NCBI GenBank assembly: GCA_964594405.1
Contig: CAZQMY010000002.1
Span: forward strand, 1 to 54,500
Reading direction: 5' to 3'
DNA from: an uncultured Spirochaetaceae bacterium
GTDB lineage: Bacteria > Myxococcota_A > UBA9160 > UBA4427
Length of the DNA: 54,500 nucleotides
Part shown: piece after piece, positions 46,211-54,500 of the stretch
Layout: each line of letters opens with the position of its first letter
Position numbering within the stretch: the stretch's first letter is position 1
Translations under genes and position numbers: made by a program
Notes under the pieces: model-generated
Told to the model about the DNA's origin: nothing
Database searches by the model: none
What the model saw: the letters and a program-made list of their open reading frames with translations, nothing else

Positions 46211-46981
46211 ATGTCGAGCGAACCGCGCTGGGAATCGATCGGGGCACCGCCGATGAGTCTCTTCGTACGGGAGCAGGGGCGGGCAATGGGTGAGTTGGCC
46301 GCGTTTCGGGGGCGGGCGAAGCTCTATCGCTCGGCCCCACGAGGCGATGGGCATCCCGTCCTCGTCCTGCCCGGCTTCCTCGCGGGCGACTACTCCACCG
46401 CACCGCTGCGACGCTTCCTGCGCCACCTCTGCTACGACGCCCGCGGCTGGAAGCTCGGGGTCAACCTCGGCCCGGACGGCGAGGTGATGCAGAAGCTCGG
46501 CGATCGCATCGGACACCTCTTCGAGCGCCACGGGCGGAAGCTCTCGCTCGTGGGCTGGAGCCTGGGCGGCATCTATGCGCGCGAGCTCGCGCGCTCCAAC
46601 CCCGACAAGGTCCGCAACGTCATCACGCTGGGTACTCCCTTCCGCGACATCTCCGCGACGCACGCGGTGCGCCTGATCGCGATCCGCCCCGGAGGCCGGC
46701 CGATCCACGAGGCGGAGGCGGTTCGCAGCTTCCTCGCTCAGCCGATCCCGGTCCCGACCACGAGCATCTACAGCAAGACCGACGGTATCGTCCACTGGCA
46801 GAGCTGCATTCAGGACGAGGCTCAAGGCGCCGAGAACGTCGAGGTGCACTGCTCGCACACGGGCATGGGCTTCCATCCCGAATCCCTCGCCGTCGTCGCC
46901 GACCGCCTGGCCCTGCCCGAGGGCGGGTGGAGGCCGTACGGTGTCGGTGAGCCTGACGTGCCTGCGGACGAGGCGTCGTGA
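46211..46981 (+). CDS. alpha/beta hydrolase (lipase/esterase-like)
   Basis: GHPVLVLPGF, nucleophile elbow GWSLGG, DGIV, SHTGM. AGGAGG SD. Confidence 0.9.
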   Translation: MSSEPRWESIGAPPMSLFVREQGRAMGELAAFRGRAKLYRSAPRGDGHPVLVLPGFLAGDYSTAPLRRFLRHLCYDARGWKLGVNLGPDGEVMQKLGDRIGHLFERHGRKLSLVGWSLGGIYARELARSNPDKVRNVITLGTPFRDISATHAVRLIAIRPGGRPIHEAEAVRSFLAQPIPVPTTSIYSKTDGIVHWQSCIQDEAQGAENVEVHCSHTGMGFHPESLAVVADRLALPEGGWRPYGVGEPDVPADEAS

Positions 46982-48075
46982 CGCGTGACGACGCGCTGCA
47001 TCTCGACGATCTCGCCGGTCGGCTGGTCCGCCTCGTACAGCTCCTGAGGCCGCGTGTCCGCAACACGTGCGACCAGCTCGGCGTCTACGAGGGCCTTGCG
47101 CCCGACGTGCTGCTCCCGGCTCCGCCCCGCGTGCCCACCGCGCGGCGGCGGCGACGTTGGCGCCTTGCCGGATTCGAGAGCGAGGACATCTGGTTCCCCT
47201 CGCAGCACGAGCCCCTCGAGCCGGGCTTCTCCAGCCACTACCGCGCCCGGAATCGCCGAATCAAGACCGTGTTCGCGCGGCGAATCCGGCCAGAGGCTGC
47301 GGCTGGGCGCCCCCGGCTGCTCTACATCCACGGCTATATGCAGCCCGAGACCCCGATCGAGGAGGTTGCGCTGCTGTCGACCATGGCCGGCGTCCTCGAT
47401 GTGGAGATCGTCCAGCTCCAGCCCCCCTACCACGGACGCCGCAAGCCGCGGCGATCTCGCTACGACGGCGAGCTCTACTGGACCGCGGACCTGGTGCGAA
47501 GCATCGAGAGCGTGCGCCAGTCGCTGCTCGACGCCCGATCCCTCCTGCTCTGGATGCGCGCGCAGGACGAGACGCCGGTGGGCGTCTGTGGCCTCTCGCT
47601 GGGCGGGGCACTCGCCGCGACGCTCACATGTGTCGAGCCCGGCTTGGCCTTCTCGGCGCCCTTCATCGCGCACATGGATCTCGGCGCGCTGCTCGCGGAT
47701 GCACCCGTCCTGACCGCCATGCGCGACGACCTGCGGCGCTTCGGCTGGGAGCCCGAGGACTTCGCGAACTTCATGGACCGGACGTGCTGGAACGACCTGC
47801 GGCCGGTCATCCCCCGCGAGCGCATCCTCCTCTTCGCGGCCGACGACGACCACTTCTTTCGTCCCGAGACCGTCGAGTCGATGTGGCGTGCCTGGGGAGA
47901 GCCGCGGATCCATTGGTATCCCGGCAGTCACCTGGGTTTCCTGGGCAGCCTCCCGGGCGCCGTGGGCCGGTTGCGCGAGCTGGTCGACGAAGTGGCCTCT
48001 TCACCGGATGAGACGCCCTCGGTCTATGCCGACATCCCGCGTCTGGGCGCCGCCCCGGATCCACGCGAGCCGTAA
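46978..48075 (+). CDS. alpha/beta hydrolase
   Basis: YIHG, PYHGRR, GLSLGG, DDHF, GSHL (Ser-Asp-His triad). GTGA coupling to the upstream gene. Confidence 0.85.
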   Translation: MTRDDALHLDDLAGRLVRLVQLLRPRVRNTCDQLGVYEGLAPDVLLPAPPRVPTARRRRRWRLAGFESEDIWFPSQHEPLEPGFSSHYRARNRRIKTVFARRIRPEAAAGRPRLLYIHGYMQPETPIEEVALLSTMAGVLDVEIVQLQPPYHGRRKPRRSRYDGELYWTADLVRSIESVRQSLLDARSLLLWMRAQDETPVGVCGLSLGGALAATLTCVEPGLAFSAPFIAHMDLGALLADAPVLTAMRDDLRRFGWEPEDFANFMDRTCWNDLRPVIPRERILLFAADDDHFFRPETVESMWRAWGEPRIHWYPGSHLGFLGSLPGAVGRLRELVDEVASSPDETPSVYADIPRLGAAPDPREP

Positions 48076-48153
48076 CGCCGCAGGCGCGTTCGCGCCTTCG
48101 CGTGTCCTCCGCCGGGGGCCATCGCAGGGTCCCGAGGCGGTGGCCGTGAGCGG

Positions 48154-48621
48154 CTACTCCAGGTGGCTTCGCAGCATCCAGGCGTTCTTTTCGTGCACGT
48201 CGATGCGCCGGGTGCCCAGATCGGCGGTTGCCTGATCGTGCGCCTTCTCAGCGGCCTCGACCACGCGCTTGGCGCCAGCCACGACGGTGGCCTGGTCGGC
48301 GACCAGATCCTCGATCATCTCGATCGCCGAGGGGCTGCCCATGGACTCCTTGACGGCCGCGAGCCTCGCAAACTCGGTGAAGCTACCCGGTGCCCGGGCT
48401 CCCAGGGAGCGGAGGCGTTCAGCGATGTCATCGATGGCCAGGGCCAGATCGGTGTACTCCGTCTCGAAGAGCGTATGGAGCGTGGTGAACATCGGCCCCG
48501 TGACGTTCCAGTGGTAGTTGTGCGTCTTCAGGTAGAGCGTGTAGCTGTCTGCCAGCAGAACGGACAGAGAATCGATCACCTCTTCCTTCTCGCTCGTCTT
48601 CTCGCTCATCTTCTCGCTCAT
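48154..48621 (-). CDS. dps: Dps family DNA-protection/ferritin-like protein
   Basis: LYLKTHNYHWNVTGPMFTTLHTLFE..DDIAER..HEKNAWMLRS ferroxidase signature. Start at 48621 after AAAGGA. Confidence 0.95.
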   Translation of the reverse strand: MSEKMSEKTSEKEEVIDSLSVLLADSYTLYLKTHNYHWNVTGPMFTTLHTLFETEYTDLALAIDDIAERLRSLGARAPGSFTEFARLAAVKESMGSPSAIEMIEDLVADQATVVAGAKRVVEAAEKAHDQATADLGTRRIDVHEKNAWMLRSHLE

Positions 48622-49099
48622 CTTCAATCCTTTCGAGGATCGACTCCGTGCCCGCGTCGATCCGTTCCTGGGCGTCTCGATGTCCTCGAGTACTCCGCCT
48701 GTCCATTGCTGCGGGTCAGCGGATGCCACGAGGGACTCGACGATGTCCGCCGCCGAGGTGCTCCTTCACCGTCCCGTCGATGCGGAGATTACACTCTGCC
48801 GCGGGAACGTCCCGCCAGTCCGGGCAGACGGGCTCGGGGCTCCGATCTCCGACGCCCGGCTCTGCCAGACCCTGCCGAGCCCACTCTCCACCGCCGCTGA
48901 GTGGACTGGTTCACACGAACGGGTCGCCGATTCCGTGGTGCCGCTGCGGCGCCGTCGCCCGCCGCTTGGTGTGGCTTCGAGCATTTCCTCTTGAAGCAGC
49001 CTGGGCGAAGGGAGTCATCGTGGAGATCAAGGAGTCGACTGAGGGACGGAGCTCGGCACCGGGGGGCCCCGCCGGGCGCATGGGGCCTTCGCAGCGGTC

Positions 49100-50890
49100 A
49101 TGGTCCTGTTCATCGGCTCGTGGATGGCGCCGGCCGCCGAGGCAGCGCTGCTCCTGCGGGCAGGTGGCGCCGCCCTCTACGATACGGAGACCGACCTGAC
49201 GTGGGCGGCGGACGCCAGCCTGGGTGGACGCGACTCCTTCGTCCCCTCCCAGAGCACCCTGGCGAGCCTCGAGATCGCCGGCGTCAGCGGCTGGCGCCTG
49301 CCGAACATGGACGTCGACGGCGATGGCAGCGTGTGCGGCACCTGCGCGGACAACGAGCCCGGATACCTCTACGGCGCCTACGGGATCACCAGCGGCGCCC
49401 CCTTCCCCTTCACGAACGTCGAGGACCACTACTGGTCGGGAAACCAGCAGAGCGGCTTCGCGTACTACGTCTTCTTGTTCTCCAGCGGCACGGTCAGCGT
49501 CAAGAACATCCAGACGCAGCTCGCGTGGGCCTGGCCCGTGCAGTCGGGCGACGTCTTCGGCCGCGACCGTGTCGAGGCCAGCTTCACCCTGCTCTCCGAC
49601 GGCTCGACCCCGGTCGCCGTCTCCGCGGATGGTCAGGTCGTAGCCGGAACGACCACCGCTCCTTGCTGCGAGGCCTTCCGATGGAACGCGGGGACGGGAT
49701 TCCTGGGGCTGGGCGACCTGCCCGGTGGCGGGGACGTGAGCTACGGCCGTGCGGCCTCTGCGGACGGAACCTACGTGGTGGGCTCGGGCCGACTGCCGCC
49801 ACCGAATCAGGACGAGGCCTATCGCTGGGATGCGGGATCGGGTCTCGTGGGCCTGGGCTTCGTCCCGGGCGGCACCGACAACAGCTCGGCGCTCGACATC
49901 TCGGGGGACGGCACGAAGGTCGTGGGCTTCTCGAGCCTTCCGCTCTCGGGCCAGGGCAGCTTCCAGAACGTCGCCTTCCTCTGGACCGAGCCGGGTCCCA
50001 TGGTCAGCCTCGGCGACCTCGCCGGCGGCGCCATCCGCAGTATCGCCAATGCGATCTCCACCGACGGCACCACCGTCGTGGGTAGGGGTGAGGATGCATC
50101 GGGCGACGGAGAGATCATCGTCGGCCGCGGCTACGACGGTTCGTTTGCGGCCACCGTATGGGACGAGAGGAACGGCATGCGCAAGCTCGAGGACCTGCTC
50201 GTCGCCGCGGGCGTCGACCTCGACGGGTGGGCACCCGAGTGGGCCTTGTCGATCTCTGCCGATGGACAGACCATCGCCGGCCTCGCTTCGAAGAATGGAG
50301 ACGACATGTCCTTCGTCGCGGTCCTCCCGCGACCGGACGTGATCGACTTCGAGACGGCGACCCCCGGCACCCCCATCCCGCCCGACTCCCTCTAGGACGG
50401 CTACACCTTCACCGCGCTCGGTCCGCCGGGCGATCCTCAGGAGATCGTCGACGCCGGCGGAAACAAGGTGCTCGTCGACTCCGAGCCCCTGAACTTCTCC
50501 GGGGCGGGCTCGACCCTACGGATCACTGCCGACACCGGTGCGACCTTCGACCTGATCTCGTTGGATGTCGCAGACCTCACAGGCGACCCGGCGGGCGGCG
50601 GCGGAATCCCGGGCGCCGGATCTCGGATCGAGGTCATCGGCAACGGGCAGACCTTCGTCTTCACGCCCAGCTCTTCGACCTTCACCACCGAGACCCCGAA
50701 CCTCACCGGACTCACGACACTGAGCATCAACATCGTGAGCGCGGCGTCGGGTGCGGATGACTTCGCCGTCGACGACATCGTGCTGGTCAAGGGCCAGGCG
50801 CCGCCGCTGCCGACGCTGGGGCTGCTGGGCCAGCTGGGGCTCGCCGTGGCTCTGGTGGGGGGTGGCGTCGCGGTGCGGCGCAGGGTGTAG
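49100..50890 (+). pseudogene. secreted HAF-repeat-like surface protein with an IPTL-CTERM-like anchor, interrupted by an in-frame TAG at 50393-50395
   Basis: ORFs 49100..50395 and 50468..50890 share a frame and are separated only by TAG (PPDSL*DGYTFTALG...). GWRLP N-domain, repeated SADG..VVG..AFRW units, C-terminal LPTLG-TM-RRR. Confidence 0.7.
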
Positions 50891-51016
50891 GATGACAGCG
50901 TGCCGGAGTCGGGCTGCCGGCATCCGCGCCGGCGAGCCCCTCCTCGTGGGCTTCCATGGAGTGGTCGATGAGGAGGTGCCGGGCGACCGACGGGCAGAGT
51001 CCGGGACGCGCGGGCC

Positions 51017-51892
51017 CTAGAGCTTCGAGAGGATCTCGTCACCGAGCTTCTCGAGCCCCGCTGTGATCTGCTCGGGCGCGAAGCCGGGCGGCGGCCCGAC
51101 CACGCGCGAGATGCCCAGGTCCTCGAGGCGCTTGACGTCGTCCATGCTGCGGAGCGGCGCGCCGGTCGTGAGCTCGATCTCGCTCGCGTCACGCCCGTGC
51201 TCACCGGCCTCGGCGCGCATGATGTCGAAGAGCGCCTTCAGGCGCTCGAAGTCGATCCGACCACCCTGAACCATCGGGAAGAAGCCGTCGCCGATGCGAC
51301 CCGCGCGCCGGGCCGCGCCGTCGGAGTGGCCCCCGACCACGATCGGGATGCCGCCTGCCTGCACCGGCTTCGGGTTCGACTCGATGGCGTTCCACTCGTA
51401 GAACTCGCCCTGGAAGGGCTTTGCGTCGCTTGCCCACAGCTGCCGCAGCGCGCGCACGCACTCTTCGGTGCGGGCGCCGCGTCGCGCGAACGGGACGCCG
51501 AGCGAGCTGAACTCCTCCTCGAGCCAACCGATGCCGATGCCGCAGGTCACGCGTCCCTTCGAGAGCACGTCGAGGGTCGCGAGCTCCTTGGCCGCGTAGA
51601 TCGGATTGCGCTGGGGCAGGATGAGGATCCCCGTGCAGAGCCGGATCTCCTTCGTCACGGCCGAGACATGGGCGAGCCAGATCAGCGGATCGGGGATCGG
51701 CGCGTTGTCGGGGCCGGGCATCTTGCCCGTATCGCTGTAGGGGTAGGCCGACTCGTATCCGACCGGCACAGCGACGTGCTCGACGGTCCAGAGCGACTCG
51801 ACGCCGACGCGCTCGGCGGTCTGGGCGAGGTGCGCGAGGCCCTCGGGCTGGCCGAAGGGTCCGACGTTGGCAAAGGCGATTCCGTACTTCAT
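51017..51892 (-). CDS. LLM class F420-dependent oxidoreductase
   Basis: ESLWTVEHVAVP, DPLIWLAHV, ILPQRNP, AKELATLDVLSKGR, GIGIGWLEEEF, PKPVQ..IPIVVGG. Confidence 0.9.
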   Translation of the reverse strand: MKYGIAFANVGPFGQPEGLAHLAQTAERVGVESLWTVEHVAVPVGYESAYPYSDTGKMPGPDNAPIPDPLIWLAHVSAVTKEIRLCTGILILPQRNPIYAAKELATLDVLSKGRVTCGIGIGWLEEEFSSLGVPFARRGARTEECVRALRQLWASDAKPFQGEFYEWNAIESNPKPVQAGGIPIVVGGHSDGAARRAGRIGDGFFPMVQGGRIDFERLKALFDIMRAEAGEHGRDASEIELTTGAPLRSMDDVKRLEDLGISRVVGPPPGFAPEQITAGLEKLGDEILSKL

Positions 51893-52427
51893 GGGGGCGT
51901 CCTTCCTGATGGGGCAGAGACCGTCGTGCGCCGCGGCTCAGCGAGTGCGTGCCCGGAGAGCGTACCACCGATTCGGAGCGGGCTCCGCGCGCCGGTTCGC
52001 GCCGTCTCGGGACGAGCCCCCGGTCAAGCTCGCATCCTCACGACCCGGCGGTCGAGGCGGAGCTCACGCTCAGGATCGCGACGCTTCGAACTCGCGGGCG
52101 CGCGTGGCCGTCCGAGGGCTCCACAAGACGCGCGGCGCGGCTTCCCGCGGCTCGACGCCATATGGCTTCGCCGACTCGATCGGGGAGGAGAAGAGCGTTC
52201 GTGCTTGGCGAGACATGGCTGGGGCGTGGTTCGCGCGCCCGGCACGATTCGAATCGTGGCTGTGGCGCGGGCCCGAGGAGGCCGGCCTTCGGCGAGCTTG
52301 GGTAGATTCGCTGATCGCTCGCAGCTCCGCCGTCGGATCCGCTGGGCGTCAAGAGGCTTCGGAGAAACGGTGAGCCAGGACTGAGGAGCGGCATGAGGGG
52401 GCGTGTCTACGGAAACGGGGCAGGTCC

Positions 52428-52569
52428 ACCCATCCGCAGGCCCGCGTCGCCGAGCTTGCGCCGCGACTGTGGAAGGAGCACTTCGCGGCCGAGCCGATGC
52501 GGTCGCCGTTGGAGCGGGCCACGGGCTGAGCTCGGCGTGGGGCAAGGACGCGGGATTCTGACCGCTTAC
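52428..52569 (+). mobile_element. IS66-family right-end remnant (transposase C-terminus and terminal inverted repeat)
   Basis: Translates THPQARVAELAPRLWKEHFAAEPMRSPLERATG* (stop 52527-52529), like the IS66 TnpC tail. Ends GACCGCTTAC, the reverse complement of GTAAGCGGTC, typical of IS66 termini. Confidence 0.7.
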
Positions 52570-52718
52570 GCCTCAGCGGGGGGCGGCAGCGGCTCGCTCC
52601 GAAAGAACCCTACACGCAGGCGCGATGATCACTGCGGAGGCATTGGCCTCGAAGCATGGCAGTGAAGTCGTCGGGCTCGACGGCAGGCAGCCCGCCAGCG
52701 ATCCATCGGCACCGCCGC

Positions 52719-53192
52719 TCAGATGCGATCGCGACCCTTGGGCGGGTGCTCGAGCAGCTGGTAGGTCGTCGGTGGCCGCTCGTCCTTGATCCGCTTGGCG
52801 AGTGACTTCGCCACGTCCCGCCGCGAGATGATGCCGACGACCCGGTCGTCTTCGGTGACGATCAGCCGGCGATGCTTCGACTGGTGCATTCGCGCTGCCA
52901 GGGCGAAGAGGTCCTCGTCCGGCGATACGCTCTCGACGTTCGAGGTCATCCAGTCCCGCACATGGCCAGCGGGCCAGCCTTCGAATGCGCTCTCGGCAAG
53001 CACGCCGATATAGTCGAACTCCGACAGCACGCCGACCAGGCGCCCCTGCTTGTCGCAGACGGGCGCAGCCGACAGCCCGTGTTCAAGGAGCCCACGCACG
53101 GCATCGTCGACGCGCTGGTCGGGTGATAGGGTGATGACCCGCTCGGTCATGATGTCGCGAGCGGACGGGATGGGGTCACGGGTAAGCGCCAT
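52719..53192 (-). CDS. CBS domain pair protein
   Basis: ARDIMTERVITLSPD..APVCD..LVGVLSEFD and VRDWMTSNV..VVGIISRRD. Confidence 0.9.
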   Translation of the reverse strand: MALTRDPIPSARDIMTERVITLSPDQRVDDAVRGLLEHGLSAAPVCDKQGRLVGVLSEFDYIGVLAESAFEGWPAGHVRDWMTSNVESVSPDEDLFALAARMHQSKHRRLIVTEDDRVVGIISRRDVAKSLAKRIKDERPPTTYQLLEHPPKGRDRI

Positions 53193-53503
53193 CGGGATGA
53201 GCCTCCAGCACGGAGAGCGAGACCACGTACGGAAGCCGAGATCATGCCTCCTTCCAGCCTGCTCGGGGGTGCACACTGGAGCCTAGCGAAGCATGGCCAT
53301 GAGGGCTTGGAGAGGAAGCAAGTCTCGCGAACAACCGACCTGCTTGTGGGCGTCCAGGTCAGTTCCACTGGACGGTCACCACCGCAGGGTACTCCGTGCC
53401 TGATGAGCACTGAGACCTTCCTCTCAGACCGGGTGGAGATCGAGACTGGGCAAACCAAGGACGTACGAAGAGGGATGCGGAAGGCTCACGTCGCACCGAG
53501 ATG

Positions 53504-54500
53504 CTACGGCATCATGTCATTGAGCCAATCAAGCAAGCTCCTCACGATATCGTCGACTCGGTGAACCTCGTGCCCCGTCTCGCCCTCATGGTTCACGAAC
53601 GCATTGACGACGTGCTTGTTGCTCGCGGACGGATCGAGATGGAGGTACACGCGTGTAGAGCCAGGGTTGGATCCCGCCCTTCCGAGGTTGGACCGAAGGA
53701 ATCCCTTCTTCGAGTATCCCAGCCAGAACGCCCCTTCCAGAACATCAGGTGACCCGGGAAGCCGACGACCGAGGTGGGGGTCACCGATATGGGGAGAGAG
53801 CACCCTGGACGGGGAGAGCGAGCCCTCCGGGAAGTACGCGTCGAAGTAGCCGATCTGATGCCACGACGTCCCGTCTACGATCGCGATCCGGACCCAGGCT
53901 CCCGGATGATGCCTATGGGAGAGACTAAGCTTCGGGAGGAAGAGCGTCGCGTCGTCCCAAACCAGGTCTCTGCGAGGAGGACCCGGCCAGTAGGCTGTAT
54001 AGCCAGACTCCCCGACCGGAACGAAGTCTGCCATGAGCAGCTCCAGTGGACCTTGCCCGGCGATCTCGATCCATCCAGCCAGACCACGATTGAGCGCCTC
54101 GGCGAAAGGCGAGGCGAGGTTGGGTGCGTCGATTCGCGTGAAGAGACGAATCGAGTGGGATTCTCGATTCCACTCTACCTCGACTGGCGTGACCGATCCT
54201 GCCGCCAACTCTGCGGGTAGCTCGATCGAGGGAAGGGCGCAGGCAAGCCGTTGCTCAGCATGCATGGAGACTGAATCGAGGGCTGCGTCGAGAAGGGCAT
54301 CTCCCGTGCTGATGACCAAATCCGGGACGGATACATGCTTCACTGCTCCTCCGCAGCTCAGCGCTTCGACTGGCTTCTGACCGACGAGGTGTAGCTCGCC
54401 GCCTCGAAGTTGCGGAGCCACGCCCACATTCGCGTTGAGATCGACTGTGAGTGCTGCCGAGCCGGCCATCAGACATTGGGCTCGCAATCCGTCGACGTGT
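53504..54500 (-). CDS. hypothetical protein, 5' end outside the window
   Basis: More than 327 codons open to the window edge, visibly lower GC and weaker codon bias than neighbours, no recognised motif. Confidence 0.55.
   Translation of the reverse strand, partial: HVDGLRAQCLMAGSAALTVDLNANVGVAPQLRGGELHLVGQKPVEALSCGGAVKHVSVPDLVISTGDALLDAALDSVSMHAEQRLACALPSIELPAELAAGSVTPVEVEWNRESHSIRLFTRIDAPNLASPFAEALNRGLAGWIEIAGQGPLELLMADFVPVGESGYTAYWPGPPRRDLVWDDATLFLPKLSLSHRHHPGAWVRIAIVDGTSWHQIGYFDAYFPEGSLSPSRVLSPHIGDPHLGRRLPGSPDVLEGAFWLGYSKKGFLRSNLGRAGSNPGSTRVYLHLDPSASNKHVVNAFVNHEGETGHEVHRVDDIVRSLLDWLNDMMP

Noticed and set aside
51867-52373. Plus-strand 168-aa ORF
   Set aside because: No convincing start or motif. 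At most a gene remnant beside the IS scar.
53182-53190. GTAAGCGCC as an IS66 left end
   Set aside because: It lies inside the CBS coding sequence, downstream of the right end, with no transposase following.

Overview
High-GC, gene-dense DNA from a Gram-negative bacterium. The gene content (exosortase/PEP-CTERM, TonB-dependent receptor, WS/DGAT pair, F420-type LLM oxidoreductase) looks Myxococcota-like, but taxonomy cannot be fixed from this window. The left 14.7 kb is a complete retinal-phototrophy module. It holds a DTE-motif xanthorhodopsin-like proton pump lacking the antenna Gly, a minus-strand DUF4864-crtE-crtI-crtB-crtY-blh operon and a divergent idi(type 2)-MFP-RND operon. It also holds a CarA/CarH-type MerR regulator with no recognisable B12-binding motif, carrying instead a Cys/His-rich 'CECPNHL' C-terminal domain. 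TGTCTA/TAGACA-type boxes, some repeated at 11-bp spacing, recur in all three intergenic promoter regions of the module, suggesting a self-contained regulon. Immediately downstream is a stand-alone 240-aa protein that keeps most catalytic motifs of class II (edema factor/CyaA/ExoY) nucleotidyl cyclases in minimal form. The middle of the window is a cell-surface locus (exosortase, GT-C-like membrane protein, TonB-dependent receptor, sulfatase-like enzyme, TPR and PEP-CTERM proteins). The right part has lipid-storage and stress genes, several apparently broken genes (real decay, recoding or assembly error), an IS66 end remnant and a lower-GC orphan ORF running off the edge. All family calls come from motif recognition by eye; no database search was run.
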